This document shows positions 1 through 12,870 of a stretch of 64,000 bases of DNA, one piece after another. Location: positions 37,512,001-37,576,000 of the forward strand of contig NC_087251.1 of assembly GCF_037042905.1 (NCBI RefSeq). Reading direction: 5' to 3'. The DNA is from Lytechinus pictus. Taxonomy: Eukaryota. The position numbers were made by a program, and so were the translations under genes. The notes below the pieces were generated by a model. The model saw nothing but the letters and a program-made list of their open reading frames with translations, did no database searches and was not told the origin of the DNA. The stretch's first letter is position 1, and each line of letters opens with the position of its first letter.

Positions 1-1429
1 CAAACCCCTTTGGTTTTACTATCAGTTTGGTATAATTACTGTTGGTCTACACTACACTCATGGGGTGTGGCAAGAAACTTGCAATAGATTGCAAGTCATT
101 TTCAGGTCAAAAAATCAATTTGAAAGTCTTGCATTTCATTGCAAATTTGCAAAATATTTTAAGGGGGCTTGATATAGCATATCGCGTAAAATTAAAAAAA
201 TTTGAGTGTAAATATTTCTACTACAAAAATCCAAGTTTGTGATATTTTGACATAATATTCAGAAAATGATATATTTCACTTTTATCCCTTTCCTTTTGTT
301 TCTTCTCATTTTTTTCCTTGCCATGAAAATTTTCTGGGGGCAAGACCACAAGAGCCCCACCCCCCTCCCATCTGTACGCCAGTGATTTCCACACAAACAA
401 TCAGGAAATTTGGGTTTGTATCAACATTACTACAAAACAGTTACTTCAAATCAGAGGCTGGTGTAACAATTAAACAAATATAATTGGCATTCATAGGTCA
501 ACATAACTTCCTTGACAATGCACTTATTGTAATTTTATGGAAAGTAATGTTAATTATACAGCCCCCAACCCCCCCCCCCCCTCTCGCTTTCCCTTCCCGG
601 CCCCCTCTCTCCATTTATATTTCTCCCCACCTCTTCTCCCATTCTATCTTGTTCTCTCTTCTTTTCTACAAAAACCATGCCCCATACTTAGCAAAAACAT
701 GAGAAGATATTCATTTTCATTACTTTGTTAGATTGATGCATGTACACCAAAAGGGTTGCGGTATGAATGATATAAACTAAAAATGTGTTTTATTGAGTAA
801 ATCTACCAATTTCAAATTAGATTTTAATGCGATCAGAATCATCAGATGCCCGATCAAAATAGAATATAAGCATATTTTTGTCCTTTTTGGATAAAACATC
901 ATGTGCAAGCACGAAATGGTCTGAAAAATTCAAGATATAATTTTCGTAAGAAGCTTTCTAGTATCCAATTAATGAATATGTAAATTAAATGTTTAAACAT
1001 TAAATATAAATATTACAGAGAGAGGGCTTTAAATTCAAATACTAACAGGTGAAAAAGATGCCATATTTAAATTCTTATTGATAAAAAATGCATTCAATGA
1101 CTACTATGCTTGTATATTAGTTCACAATATTGACCCTTTAACCTAAATAAAGACAGGCTTTGATTACTTAGCATTCATTTTAATGCCCTGAAATAAGTAG
1201 TTATTACATTATTTTCCCTAGTTCTAGACTAGATATCATCCTCTAAGGTTTTGTTTATTTTTTTTAATAATTTATGTGTGTTTAGATGCTTCGATCCCTG
1301 GTTCTAGCTGACATAAGACATGAAAACAAACCCTGCGAGATTAGTCAAAATTCCATTTCTCCAATTTCAATTATCAATGAATATAGATCTAATCATGAAG
1401 CTTATTTCCCAATTGTGAATAAACCCCAT

Positions 1430-1719
1430 CTACAGTCGATATTACTGACATGAGCGAACAAGCGACGAAATCCCTTCCGAATCCGCTCGGTTCTCGCTTC
1501 GGAAATTATAAGCCTGCCGAACATATCCGAACTAATTATAACTGCTTTCGGCCATCTTTTCACAAACAGATGTGGATCATGAAGGAACTCGACATTTTGG
1601 TGCCGATTTAGGACTAATCTGGGAAATGTACATCCAGAAGATTGAAGTAGATTTAAGCTACGTTTTTTCATAGCTGTACACGCGAAATTTGGAGTGCTGG
1701 TTCAGTTGTTGAAACCCTG
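1430..1719 (+). promoter_or_regulatory. Putative promoter and non-coding first exon of the MARK gene
   Basis: Locally CpG-rich island in AT-rich DNA, ending in a consensus donor CTG|GTAAGT (GT at 1720-1721) and followed by GT/GA-rich sequence. The first coding exon has an acceptor, so an upstream exon must exist. The 5' boundary is approximate. Confidence 0.45.
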
Positions 1720-2568
1720 GTAAGTAAATTTATTCTGGCCTTGCAATATGGGTGTTGGTGAAGTTTTTGGTCGCACTGGTGCAGTACACGTAGTGTTGAG
1801 TGCAATTCAGCCCGACATGGCCCGTCTATCCATTGACAGGCGCAGGCGTTGTGTGGAATGGAGTTGTGTACAGCGTGTGTGCAGAGATCTGTGACTGTGT
1901 GTGTGACTGCACTGTGACTGTGACTGAGAGATCGAGAGAGGCTGTCATATTTTTTGGTCAGATTGAGAGTTCTTGACATTGGCCCAAATGTAAATCACAA
2001 GTTATAAACCTTGATAAACTGCTAAATATTGTGAAAACTAGAAAGAGTGTAGTCAGAACTCTGATTAATTTCCAATGCCGGCAGCCAAGTTAACCTGGCA
2101 CAACACGAGTGACCTGTGCGATGTGTGAGAGTGAGCCAGTGTGACGAATCTGTGATACAAAAATATGACAGACTGTCACTTTGTGTTTTAATCGTGACAT
2201 ATTTTATTTTGTCACATTTCTGACCATCTTTTACAGTATCCCAGGTTAAATTTTTAAAAGTATCATAAACCATGTAGGCTTAAACTACTTTATTCAGCTT
2301 GGAATTTTTGGTTGGGCAGGGGGCCTGGCTTAATCAAGTGTCTGTCACTGATTATTTGGTATGATTTTCAGGTCATATAATCAAGGTCAAAGGTCATGTG
2401 GTCAATGAACTTTGACCTTGTGTCAATATAAAACATAATATTGAACAATAGAAATCTTTAGGCCTACATTTTTTGTGACTACTATAAAAAATACACCTAT
2501 CAGAATGGAATAATAACGTGGTTTTTTTTTTAAGATTGAAATTTATAAATAATCCCAGTTAGGTTTAA

Positions 2569-2973
2569 AGGGGAAATCCAACTACAGTTACGTGTGAGAG
2601 GATAAAAAAGTTATGGAGAAAGTTTAAAATAAATCAGATAAGCAATAAGAAACTTATGACTCTTTCAAAATCGAGATCCCTAAAGAGAAAGAAGAAATTT
2701 TTTTTAAATAAAACTTGAAAAAATTACAATTTAAAAATTTTATGTATTTGAGTAAATGGGAGAGTAGTCCTTGCCATGCCTTACATCACTATGACATTAC
2801 CAGTGTAGCCAATTTGAAGTCTCCATGGTATAGCGATTACCTTTTTTTACAACTTTTAAAAATTCATAACTTTCTCAGAGTTTGTCCAATTTTGTCAAAA
2901 CTTTCATCTATGTACTAAATCTGATTTTTCACTTTTTCGATAAAAACAACTTTTTATTTGGGTTGGATACCTC
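2569..2973. mobile_element. Degenerate Kolobok/T2-type MITE
   Basis: TTAA|AGGGGAAATCCAAC ... GTTGGATACCTC|TTAA; subterminal motifs resemble the 603-bp TTAA family. Confidence 0.5.
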
Positions 2974-3489
2974 TTAAACATAAGTTTAAACTAAATGAAT
3001 ACACGTATATTAAGTACTGAGAAGTTCATTCATTCAGATTAAAATCATACTTTTGAAAAATAACCTCTGATTCTCATCGTAAAAAAAATAAATGTTTTTA
3101 ATATTTGGGGAAAAAAAGAAGGAAAGAGTTCCATATGCACCCACCACCAAAAATAAAAGGAATGTTGACACTTCCGGCTTATTCGCTTCAATTTCTTTTT
3201 TTCTGTTACTTACCGTAGTCGGAACTCAAAGTTGCCTCGTAGTAACTGCAGATAAGATCTCTTTTCACTATGGTAGCGGAAGTGGTTTTTAGCGATTATG
3301 AGCCAGTGGTGGAGCATTCAGTTCATATACAAAATGTACCCAGCCCGTGAAAATCATTATGTAGATTATTTCATTATCTTATATTTGTATAATGGACATT
3401 CAAGGAAATTGTATATTTTGTGATTAGGTTTTTTTTATTATGGGAAATTATCTTTCCCCTTTCTAAAAAACCTGGGTGATTGCATACTG

Positions 3490-3670
3490 CAGGGAATAAT
3501 TGTCCTGGTATCGCATCGCAATTTGCTATACATTTTTGAAAGACTGCTATGCATAAAGTCTTATATAGCATATTTTTTACATAGGACTGTACATTACTTA
3601 GTTGAGAGCTTTTCTCTTATGACCAAAAATGCTACCAGTATTCAAATTTGTAAAGCAAAATTATTCCCTG
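3490..3670. mobile_element. ~180-bp MITE, copy 1 (5-bp TSD family)
   Basis: TIR CAGGGAATAAT/ATTATTCCCTG; flanks TACTG/TGCTG; body closely similar to 48411-48587. Confidence 0.75.
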
Positions 3671-4618
3671 TGCTGTGGTTTAGGAGATCATGTGCTATCT
3701 CCTCAGAGAATACCTATGCTATCCATAAGATTTGGAATTGGGACAGAATAGTGTGTTAGTGAAGGGTCATTGTGTCTTTCTTTCCTCCAGCTAATTGTGT
3801 GGCTTCCTGTTTATGCATGTAATACATGTATGTAGGGCTGCTGCTTTTACGTGGACAGAGATGTACGATTCGCGTACATGTGTCTTTGCACACCTGATAA
3901 TTATGAACTGCTTTAATGGAGTGTACATGGACTTTCTTGCTCTGTGTTGTACTTGGTTAATTAATGATTGGAAATTCATGGGGGAAAGTTGTGAGGTGTG
4001 AATTTTCAGCGACTTTTACTTTATACACTGTATGGCCTTTATGGGACATTCCCCCCTACCCCTGCTGCTTAACCCTTTAAAGTAGCTGCACATTTGTAAA
4101 AGCATTTGTTCTTCTAAAATTAATGTTAATGACTCATATTTTTATTGATACATGTACAGTCTACATGTATTTCAAGCTACCCCGGAAAAGAAAATATGCA
4201 AAATTTATGGTTCTGTTTTAAATGCCCCTGATGAATATTTTATGTTAGAAATGAATACCATGACTATTGTTGTTGCTGCATGACAGCTGACCTTATTATG
4301 CATGGCTATTCATACTAAGGTGTGACTCATCAGCAGGCATTGTATTCTTTATTGAACGTCAGCTGTAGAAGGCTCCCAAGTACAAGTTCATCACTTTGTG
4401 AAGTGTAACAAATGGCTAAAAATAATTAAATTCTGTGTTGACATATGGGCGAAAACATTTGCATAGTATAAATCGAGATTACACTTAAAACACACTCTGA
4501 GATAAATTGCACGTACATGTAGGGTAGGTACTGTACATCATGGTATTAAAGGTTTACGGTCACATGCAAATTTGGTTGGTGATATGACCAGTTTATGTAT
4601 TCAAAGCTTTAAAGTGAT

Positions 4619-5819
4619 CAGGGCGCGACAAACCCGCTTGCCCGGGGCAAGTGAAAATTACGTGCGGGCAAGCATTTCTCAAAGTCAATTGCCCGATCGG
4701 GCAAGTGGTTGTTTTGAAAATAAAATATCAGTAGACCCTCTAAATCTCAATATCTTTTGGATAATCACAACTATCTCTCACATTATGTCAAACCAGTAAA
4801 AAAAAACAGTGGAAACTGATGTAAAATCAGCGCCAATTACCAATAAATTATCGCCGGGTACCTCGTTCGAAAAACCGTGCCATCGCATCTTACGTTCTAT
4901 GTGTGCAATGACTGCGCATGCGCTACTTGAGCAATTTGCCGATGCAAAAACCACCAAAAGTGGCTAAAATTTCACATTTTGCAAAAATCCATGAAATGGA
5001 CATCTATTTTCCACACTACCTTGAAATTGTTTTGATTTAGTTGGAAACTACAGAAAAAATGAAGAATATTCAGCTCTTTCTTGACTCTCTTTCTTTACTC
5101 TGATTTCTGACGATTACATTCGGTAAATGTTTTTTATTATTGTGGTCCCACATGTAGACTTTCATGTTGACCAAGTGTAAAACGATCAAAACGATTAAAC
5201 GATACGATCAACGATCAATGCTCCAACACCATGAAAAAAAAAAACCCATGAAAGTCTACATGCGGGACTACAATAAAAAAAATATTGACCGAGTGTAACA
5301 TCATGAAATGATGAAGAAAAGACAAGAGAGAGGTGAATATTCTTAATTTTCTTGATAGTTTCCAACTAATTTATGAAAAATAAATGACCGTTTCATGATG
5401 CAAAATGTGAAATTTTAGCCACTCCACTTTTTTTTTACATCATAAAACGATCTTTTTCAGAGTCAATAAAGAGCTGAATATTTTTCACTGGTTTTCTTTA
5501 TAGTTTCCAACTAAATCAAAACAATTCTAAGAAAAAAAATATAGCAAACAGATAACCATTTCGTGGATTTAAAGATGCAAAATATAAAATTTTAGCCCCA
5601 TTTATAAATAGCGAAAAAAAAATCAAAATAAACGTAATGACTCAGGCCTACGTTGCTGAAAATATACTTTCAAATGTGTGTTCTTTTATACTGTACATGA
5701 TTCTCAATTGTTGTTATTTTGTATGACCTTTAAAAATAAGAGTAGTGCCATCATAATAAAAAAACAAATAGGGCAAGCAGTTTTTTTTATCGGGCAAAAA
5801 AAGTTTTTGTAGATGCCTG
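4619..5819. mobile_element. 1.2-kb non-autonomous DNA transposon (hAT- or P-like) with a long internal palindrome
   Basis: CAGG...CCTG ends, flanking direct repeat AAGTGAT (4612-4618, 5820-5826), subterminal GGGCAAG/CTTGCCC motifs at both ends, imperfect internal inverted repeat about 4950-5600. Confidence 0.6.
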
Positions 5820-6422
5820 AAGTGATGATGATATTGTTTATTTAGACCTTCATGTAGTCTGTTGCTTCCCTTTTACAAGAGGTTTTAGGTTGGTTGTGCA
5901 TGGCGATTTTCCATTCCCGCGCGTCTGCCGTGACATAGAATGTCCAGTACATATGCACAAGAGTTGACACTTTATGCCAATCACACAGGAATGGGAATTT
6001 ATTGTATGCGTAATTCCTAATGTCCTTCTGCCAGCCATCCAAGAGTTAAAGTAATCTACAAATAAATGAAATAACCTCTTTTATTTATTTATGGTGATCT
6101 GTAAGATTATGTCTCACAAATATGGATAACGTACACTGTAAACTCATAAGCAGAAATCTAATACCACATTTATTCTGATGATTCACTTTGAGATTGATGT
6201 TCATAGAAACCATTCCTTTTTAATTGCACTCACAGTAAGAGATTTTATTACATTTTATCAAATTAATCTACTTACTTGACCCAACCAAGAAGTAAAGCAG
6301 TGTCTCTTCATGACCTGATCAGTGAATGAAATGACTGGAATTAATCAGGATGGACATGCATAAACAAAGCTATGTAAAGTAATAGCTGAAGCAAGGTTAT
6401 TTGTGTTTTAGGCAGTGGCATG

Positions 6423-6853
6423 TAATATGCTTTTCACACTGCATTTCCTTAACCCCATACTATCCTTAACCCTGGACTTAGCCGGGGTTAACGCCTTAAC
6501 CCCGGGCAATCACACAGCTCATGAATATTGATGATTTTACCATACAGAGCGCGATTAACGTGCAATTTCGACTTCTGTGATTGGCTAATGCCCCGCTTTT
6601 GCTTAGCCCTGTTTCGTTTCACACTGCATCTCTTAGCATCGCAATTGTGGTGCTAGCACCACAATAAGCCGGCTAACCCTGCTTTTTTGCAGGGCCAGAT
6701 AGTACCGTACTATTTACCGTGCTAGCCCACTTTGCTAAAACGTAGTGTGAAAAACGAAGTGGGCTAAGCTTAACCCCGGGAAATTGGTGGGGCTAAGACC
6801 CCCCCTTAGCTCCACCAATTTAGGACAAAAAGTGCAGTGTGAAAAGCATATTA
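6423..6853. mobile_element. PIF/Harbinger-like MITE
   Basis: 21-bp perfect inverted ends TAATATGCTTTTCACACTGCA/TGCAGTGTGAAAAGCATATTA; internal TAACCCC/GGGCTAAG repeats shared with 22506-23054. Confidence 0.75.
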
Positions 6854-7730
6854 GTGGCAACTACCCCTCATCAGCTAAGGAGGTGCTTCAAATATAATTG
6901 GGGATTGGAGTTTACCATAGATGTTTAATTAGAAATTATTCTTAAAAGTTATGATCAGGCAAAGTTTTATTTATTTATTTTTTATTTACGGGGGGGGGGG
7001 GGGGGGATACTTTTCACAAATTGCTGCCTAAATCTGAACATTGGATACATTGCTATGAATGGGGATTTCCAGGGATCTTTTGAACATTGGGCTTTTCTAT
7101 TGGGCATTTTTATTTATCCAGTGTGATGGAAATTTTGCCCATTCTAAAGTAATTGCTACTTTTTTTAAACCTTACTGGACAATATGCTTCCCGCATTGGC
7201 TAAAATACTGCCCAAAATTGGTTGGACACATAATAACCCTCGTGGTGGTAAAAAACTTACCCAATACTTTTTACAGCGACTAGGGCAGCAAAATTGTTGC
7301 TGAAATCAACATGGTTATGAACAGGTTCAATACTTTGATTGGGCTTGTTTAGAAAACTGTCTTGAAATACATAGCCATATTATCAGTACATGTATGGAAA
7401 CAAGGAAGACAATGATGATCCACACATACATGTAGTTCGTGAAATATTTAGGCTTAAATTTAATGTACAGATATTTACATGAATATTTTTATGTTAATGA
7501 GGAATTTTGATTTGATTTGGCAGGTGCACATTGTATATTTTTTGCAGTTTATCAGACAAGCCAATCATACGATCGTGCGTCTGTCTGAAATGTAATTTTC
7601 TCATGATATGACATTGGGTGAGGGTTGTCTGTTATGACATCTGTAGCTGCATTATTTCAAGGATAAATAAAGCCCTTTCAATTGCATCCTGCTAATATTT
7701 CATGATGGCTGACCACAGTTTCATAGGAAT

Positions 7731-8467
7731 TAATGCTGGGAGCCGGGCCTGGCTGGAACTCGGAACCTGGCGAGTTAGGGGGATTTCCGCCGGGTCAAGC
7801 CGGTCCAGGTTGAGAGCTAAAACAGCAGAGATTGGAAGTTGTAATATTAAGTCAAATAAACAGCAAGATAGTGTAACTTTTTACCTCCATGGGTGAACTG
7901 AGCTCATATTTACTCCCAAATAATCTAACTTAATTGATCTTTAACATGAATTTAAGCCAAATCTAGTTTTGGAAACGGCCTTATTTTAAATGCGATCATG
8001 ATGTCTTCGTTCAAATTCTTAGTTAAATTTCGCCAAACAAACATAAAGGGCAGCAACACTGTTTGTTGACTTCGTGTTTGCTGGTTGTAATCGCTTACTT
8101 CAGCACATATCCAAAAAAATATATGGCGGAGTACCCTATTAATCTGATCATTCGAACGATGAAATCAAGATCGAAGCCAGAATAAACCTGTTCCTGATGC
8201 TCAGTGAGGTTGAAACTCGGGTTAAGATTGTTACTTTGGAATTGATTCGGACAAAACTTTCTGTTAATTTAGTTCGCTAACATTGCGGGGTACGAAATTG
8301 CATTCAGGCCTAGCATGCACCTAGCGAGGCCAGGCTTCTCTAGGGGCTGCAGCGGCGGTGTTGAGCGGTGGCTCCGAGTTCCGAGCCGATCCAGGACCCA
8401 GAATTTGTTATGGCTAAACCTTCCGGTCAGGGCTCAAGCCGGGTTTTCCCCCCATGCCCCAACATTA
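7731..8467. mobile_element. 737-bp hAT-like non-autonomous element
   Basis: Exact 8-bp TSD ATAGGAAT (7723-7730, 8468-8475); TIR TAATGCTGGG/CCCAACATTA; GC-rich subterminal AGCCGG repeats. Confidence 0.8.
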
Positions 8468-8654
8468 ATAGGAATTTTTTTGATTTTTTTTTCAAAAGAA
8501 TTGCTTTCCACTGTAGATATGTTATACATGTAAAGTTGGAACCTCAGAGATAGATGTACATAAATTCTTTAAGGGATACTTGCACGTTCTTGTATTTAAT
8601 GTGGTGAATTTAATTCTAATAAACAAAATATTAGAATAGATGATGTTAGAAACA

Positions 8655-8760
8655 TGCTTTGCGCGGGAGGGGGGGACACCCCCTCCCGAACCCTCCCCCC
8701 ATGCTTGCTTTACACGCACCGAGGCCGCTATGCATCAGAATGAACCTGGCGAGAACGTTG
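8655..8760 (-). mobile_element. Solo terminus of the CAACGTTCTCGC transposon family
   Basis: Reverse complement reads CAACGTTCTCGCCAGGTTCATTCTGA...GCGGCCT(C/T)GGTGCG...GGGGGGAGGGTT, matching the left end of 54823-58289. Confidence 0.75.
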
Positions 8761-11700
8761 CATGTATTTAAAAAAATATTGTTTATTTTTAATTTGTAAA
8801 TGGCCACTACTACTACTGGTAAATCGTATTCACATGTTGTTTGTAAGAAAGTAGTTCAGTAATAAAGCAGATTTTCTATCCTGTATATGATATCCGTCTC
8901 TCATTGCAACTCTTGTCAGCTATCACTAGTGTCATCCAGCCCAGGCCTGATAAAATCCAAATTCTAAGCTGGCAGAGACATAGGGATTCGTTATTCAATA
9001 ATGCCTGTCCCTTTGCGCACCTTTTCAGCTGTCCAGGGTTGAGTTAACACTTCTTTCTTTTCTAAAATGACTTTGCAAGTCAATCTGGATTGGTATTTGG
9101 AAAATAAATTTTTGTGTTCCTTTTGTTTTCAAATAACAAAGTTTTTTTTTAATAGAAAACAGATGAATATCCAAGTTAAAGAACAGAAAATTATTGAATT
9201 GGACCCTGTTTACATTTGCTTTCCCGGACTGATCTACACTTGACCGATTCAGACTGTCTGGTCCATTGTGGATGTGAAAGCTCCTAAAAATCCTCTAGAC
9301 TGCATTGAGCAATGCTACTCTGGAGTGCTTCAGAAATGTATTTCTGTAGTTAATAATTAATTTGTCATTAATTACCAGCTTGAAAACATACAACCTAAAC
9401 CTCCCCTTTTGTTTTTGTTTATAACATGTTTCAACAATAGACTGTAAAAAACACAGGAAACAAAATATGCAGATTTGACATGGTGGGAATCATGTACATG
9501 TATGGTACTGGCCATGGTTTGTGGTAATGCACTCTTCTTAGTGTATTCAGACCACCTCAAATTCAAGAATACCAGGTATTCTCTGATTGGGAAATTCACC
9601 CTGATCTACATGTACCCTGGTCTGAAAATACCAAATATCTTTAGCAGTATGAAAACAAATTAATGTAATATTTTGGAAGAAAATACAAAAATAAGAAAAT
9701 TAGTAGGTACGGTTGCAGGGCCTGCAATGTACTTGTCAAAATTGCGTGAATATATCGCTGGGATTTTACCGAGGGTGTACATGTAGGTATTTGTGCAGTG
9801 TGAATGCGTATGACAAAGAACTTTCTGGACCCAGTGAATTTAGTTGGGCACAGGCGCAATGGGCTGCTGAGCTAGCGATTTTGAATATCAGACCATATTG
9901 CGCATGCTCGTAACTTCGAAAACATACTCCCAAAGGTTCTGCTTCAGGTTGGTATGGACATGAACAAGTTCTTGAAATTTAACTGGTATTCTGGTGAAGA
10001 AGTCGGTCTGAAAACACCTAGGTAGGCAAAGGTGTGTGACTGAGGTACCCGGAATAGACAGGGGTACATGCATTTATATAAATTGCTTTTAGGGTTCAGT
10101 CAATTGTATTATTTATTAATTTGGGGTCTTGCTTAAATTAATGGGAGTATCTGGAGCTGAGAGATACCAACCCATTTAATATTTAGAGACACAGTCATGT
10201 ATGTACATGTATAAAATAATGAAGTCTCAGGCCATTTTATATGGTCTGTAAACTTTGCTTGAAATTGATATTACATGTACTTCTGAAGTATGGACTTAAT
10301 TCTTTTAATTTTGAATTACATAATGGTTTGTTTTATTTATTTGTTACATTGTTAGTCTTCAGACTTTATTTTGAAAATATGATAAAACCTCATGTAATTG
10401 AGTGAATGAATTTTCATTTGAGTATTTGGTTTCTTTTAGCATTGCTCTCACCTAGACCATTAGACCTACGGTATATACGTGTACATGTACATGATATTGG
10501 AACACAACACTTCATACAGATTTATATTGAATTCTCTATTAGTATTAGGCTGTACTTGAAGACTAATGTCCATGATATACTGTAGTAAGCAAATTAAAAT
10601 TGTGAGATGGGAGTGAACCTCATTGAATGATACCAGTGTTGGAGTGCTGCTGTGAGTCATATTCATACATAATGTACATGTTCAATTCATTGCGGTAGAA
10701 TAGTAATACTACCTTGTTGCATGTTGTTGGCATGGATGGTAATGTACATCTGGCTTGTAAGCAGTTGTTCTAATCAGAGTGCCTAATGGGAAAAAAAAAG
10801 GAGATTGGATTCAGCCTTCAAAAGCTAATGAGGAAATGATGTAATAGAGATATCATTGGCAAGTATACCATATGTTGCGTATGATAGTCACAAGTTCATT
10901 TAACTCTCGTCATGATGCTGTTTGGCTTAAAATACAAAAGAACTAATTTTCTGCTCATTTTGTGAGTACTTTTAGTTATAGAGCATGTAGTCACTGAATA
11001 ACATCAAAAGAATAATTGTCCATTGCACCAAATTTGGTTTGTCTTGAGATGAGTGTACTAATTGACCATGCATACTGTAAAAAAAATCTACAATGTAAAC
11101 GCAATGAGGGATTCATTTTATCCTTCTAATGATACAACTGTTTATGCTCCATACTCTACATGGATTTTACTACTCTTTCCACAGACAAACTCTCCATGTA
11201 CATGTAGATCCCACAGTACCGGTACCTTTTAATTGTACTGTTAAACAAACTGCATAATACAATCTCACTATTGGAGCAGACATGTTTGATGATATGAAAA
11301 TCATGTTGACTTTCAGCTGTCTATAAAAGGGGTACATACATGCATAATGCCTAGCAATATCAATTGTGTGTGTGTGAGCGAGAGAAAAGAGAGGAGGATA
11401 TAATCGCTTCAATGAACCTTGACCTTAGGCATAAATACTCGCTCCTGTTCATTGTACATTGTGCTGTTCATCAACTCAAATGCATTAGGAATATTTCAAT
11501 TCTGTTCTTCTTGAGCACATTATCCATTAGTCTCAGAGTATATCTTGGTGATTAAAAAGATCAATTTGTTTACAATGTGAAACTTCTTTTAAAAGTAAGA
11601 TATATATACATGTAAGACTTCTGATTCCATTTCCATATTATGTCAGACAGTAAAATTCATGATTTTACACATGTTTGCTTGCTTAAAATGTATTACATGT

Positions 11701-12407
11701 AGGGCCTATAATGTACGAAGCATGAATGATAATGATCACATACAAGTACATTGTAGACCTACATGCATTACATGTACATGTATCTAGATAGTACAATGTA
11801 CTCTACATGTACATGTTTCGGTCTCTCCACTACAACCCCATTTTAATTTCCATTTAATGTACGTCTTTTCTTGTCCATTGAATGACAGTGAACAATGATT
11901 CATACACTCCACATTGTTCACTCAATACTTCCAAGTACATTACAAGTATGAACTGTGGTTTGATGGAATTGTGTGATTGAGACATTGTTGTTAGATTTTT
12001 TTTTAGAAAGCAAGAAACCAATGAAAGAAATCAATAGTCAGTGATTTTAATGACTATTGTTACAAGCTACTAAAATCCTTGCCTCTGATTGGCTCAGGTC
12101 AATTTTGTCGGGAACAATCACCAACAAAATGCATCATGAAAATTTCATTTCCCCCTGCCTTTCATTGAATAAAGAGAGATCTCTTAAAGACAGATCCCCC
12201 ATTTATGCTGGAATATTGAGAATATTTATGATAATACTCTCCATGTATAAAGAATGAAGAATCATATATAGAAACCAGGAAGAGATAAACAAAGCTTTTG
12301 CATGCAATCATCCATTGAAGAAAACTGTACAAATGTTCATGGATCCACACTGAAGCAATGAAAATTATAAAGTAATATTTTGCATCTGCCTTTATTCGTG
12401 TATCAAA

Positions 12408-12697
12408 CATGGCCCTAGGAAGCAGGGGTGCTGTGTGTATTATTTTCCATAGACAGTGAGTACCTCCAGGTATTCTGGGAGGTATGTGAAAATGAAAAAA
12501 AAAATGAAACCAAAATGACATTCATTTTTTGTGAAACCCTTTTTCCTTTTTTTAATATATATATATTTTTTCTTTTTAAATTTTTCGGGAGCAACCAATT
12601 TGACCTCCATTTTGTAGTGAAAACTTTTTTTTTTTTTTTTTTGCTTTTATAAATTTACATCAGCACCCCCAGTGAAAATATTGTTCCCAGGGCCCTG
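12408..12697. mobile_element. Degenerate small MITE
   Basis: CATGGCCCTAGGAA ... TTCCCAGGGCCCTG inverted ends with an internal GGGGTGCTG/CAGCACCCC pair. Confidence 0.5.
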
Positions 12698-12870
12698 GTG
12701 GGTGTTTCTTAAAGCTGTTCGTAAGTTAAGAACGACTGGTGATCCTTTCTTATGCACAAAACCCTCGCCAACAAAGGTTTTTGTGTATATTATTAACCCC
12801 CAATAAAGGATCACCAGTCGTTCTTAAAGTCGCTCTTAACGTACGAACAGCTTTATGAAACGGCCCCCTG
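12698..12870. mobile_element. Palindromic MITE (GTTTCATAAAGCTGTT family)
   Basis: GTTTCTTAAAGCTGTTCGTA...AAGAACGACTGGTGATCCTTT pairs with AAAGGATCACCAGTCGTTCTT...TACGAACAGCTTTATGAAAC; relatives at 24150-24856 and 47175-47345. Confidence 0.7.
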
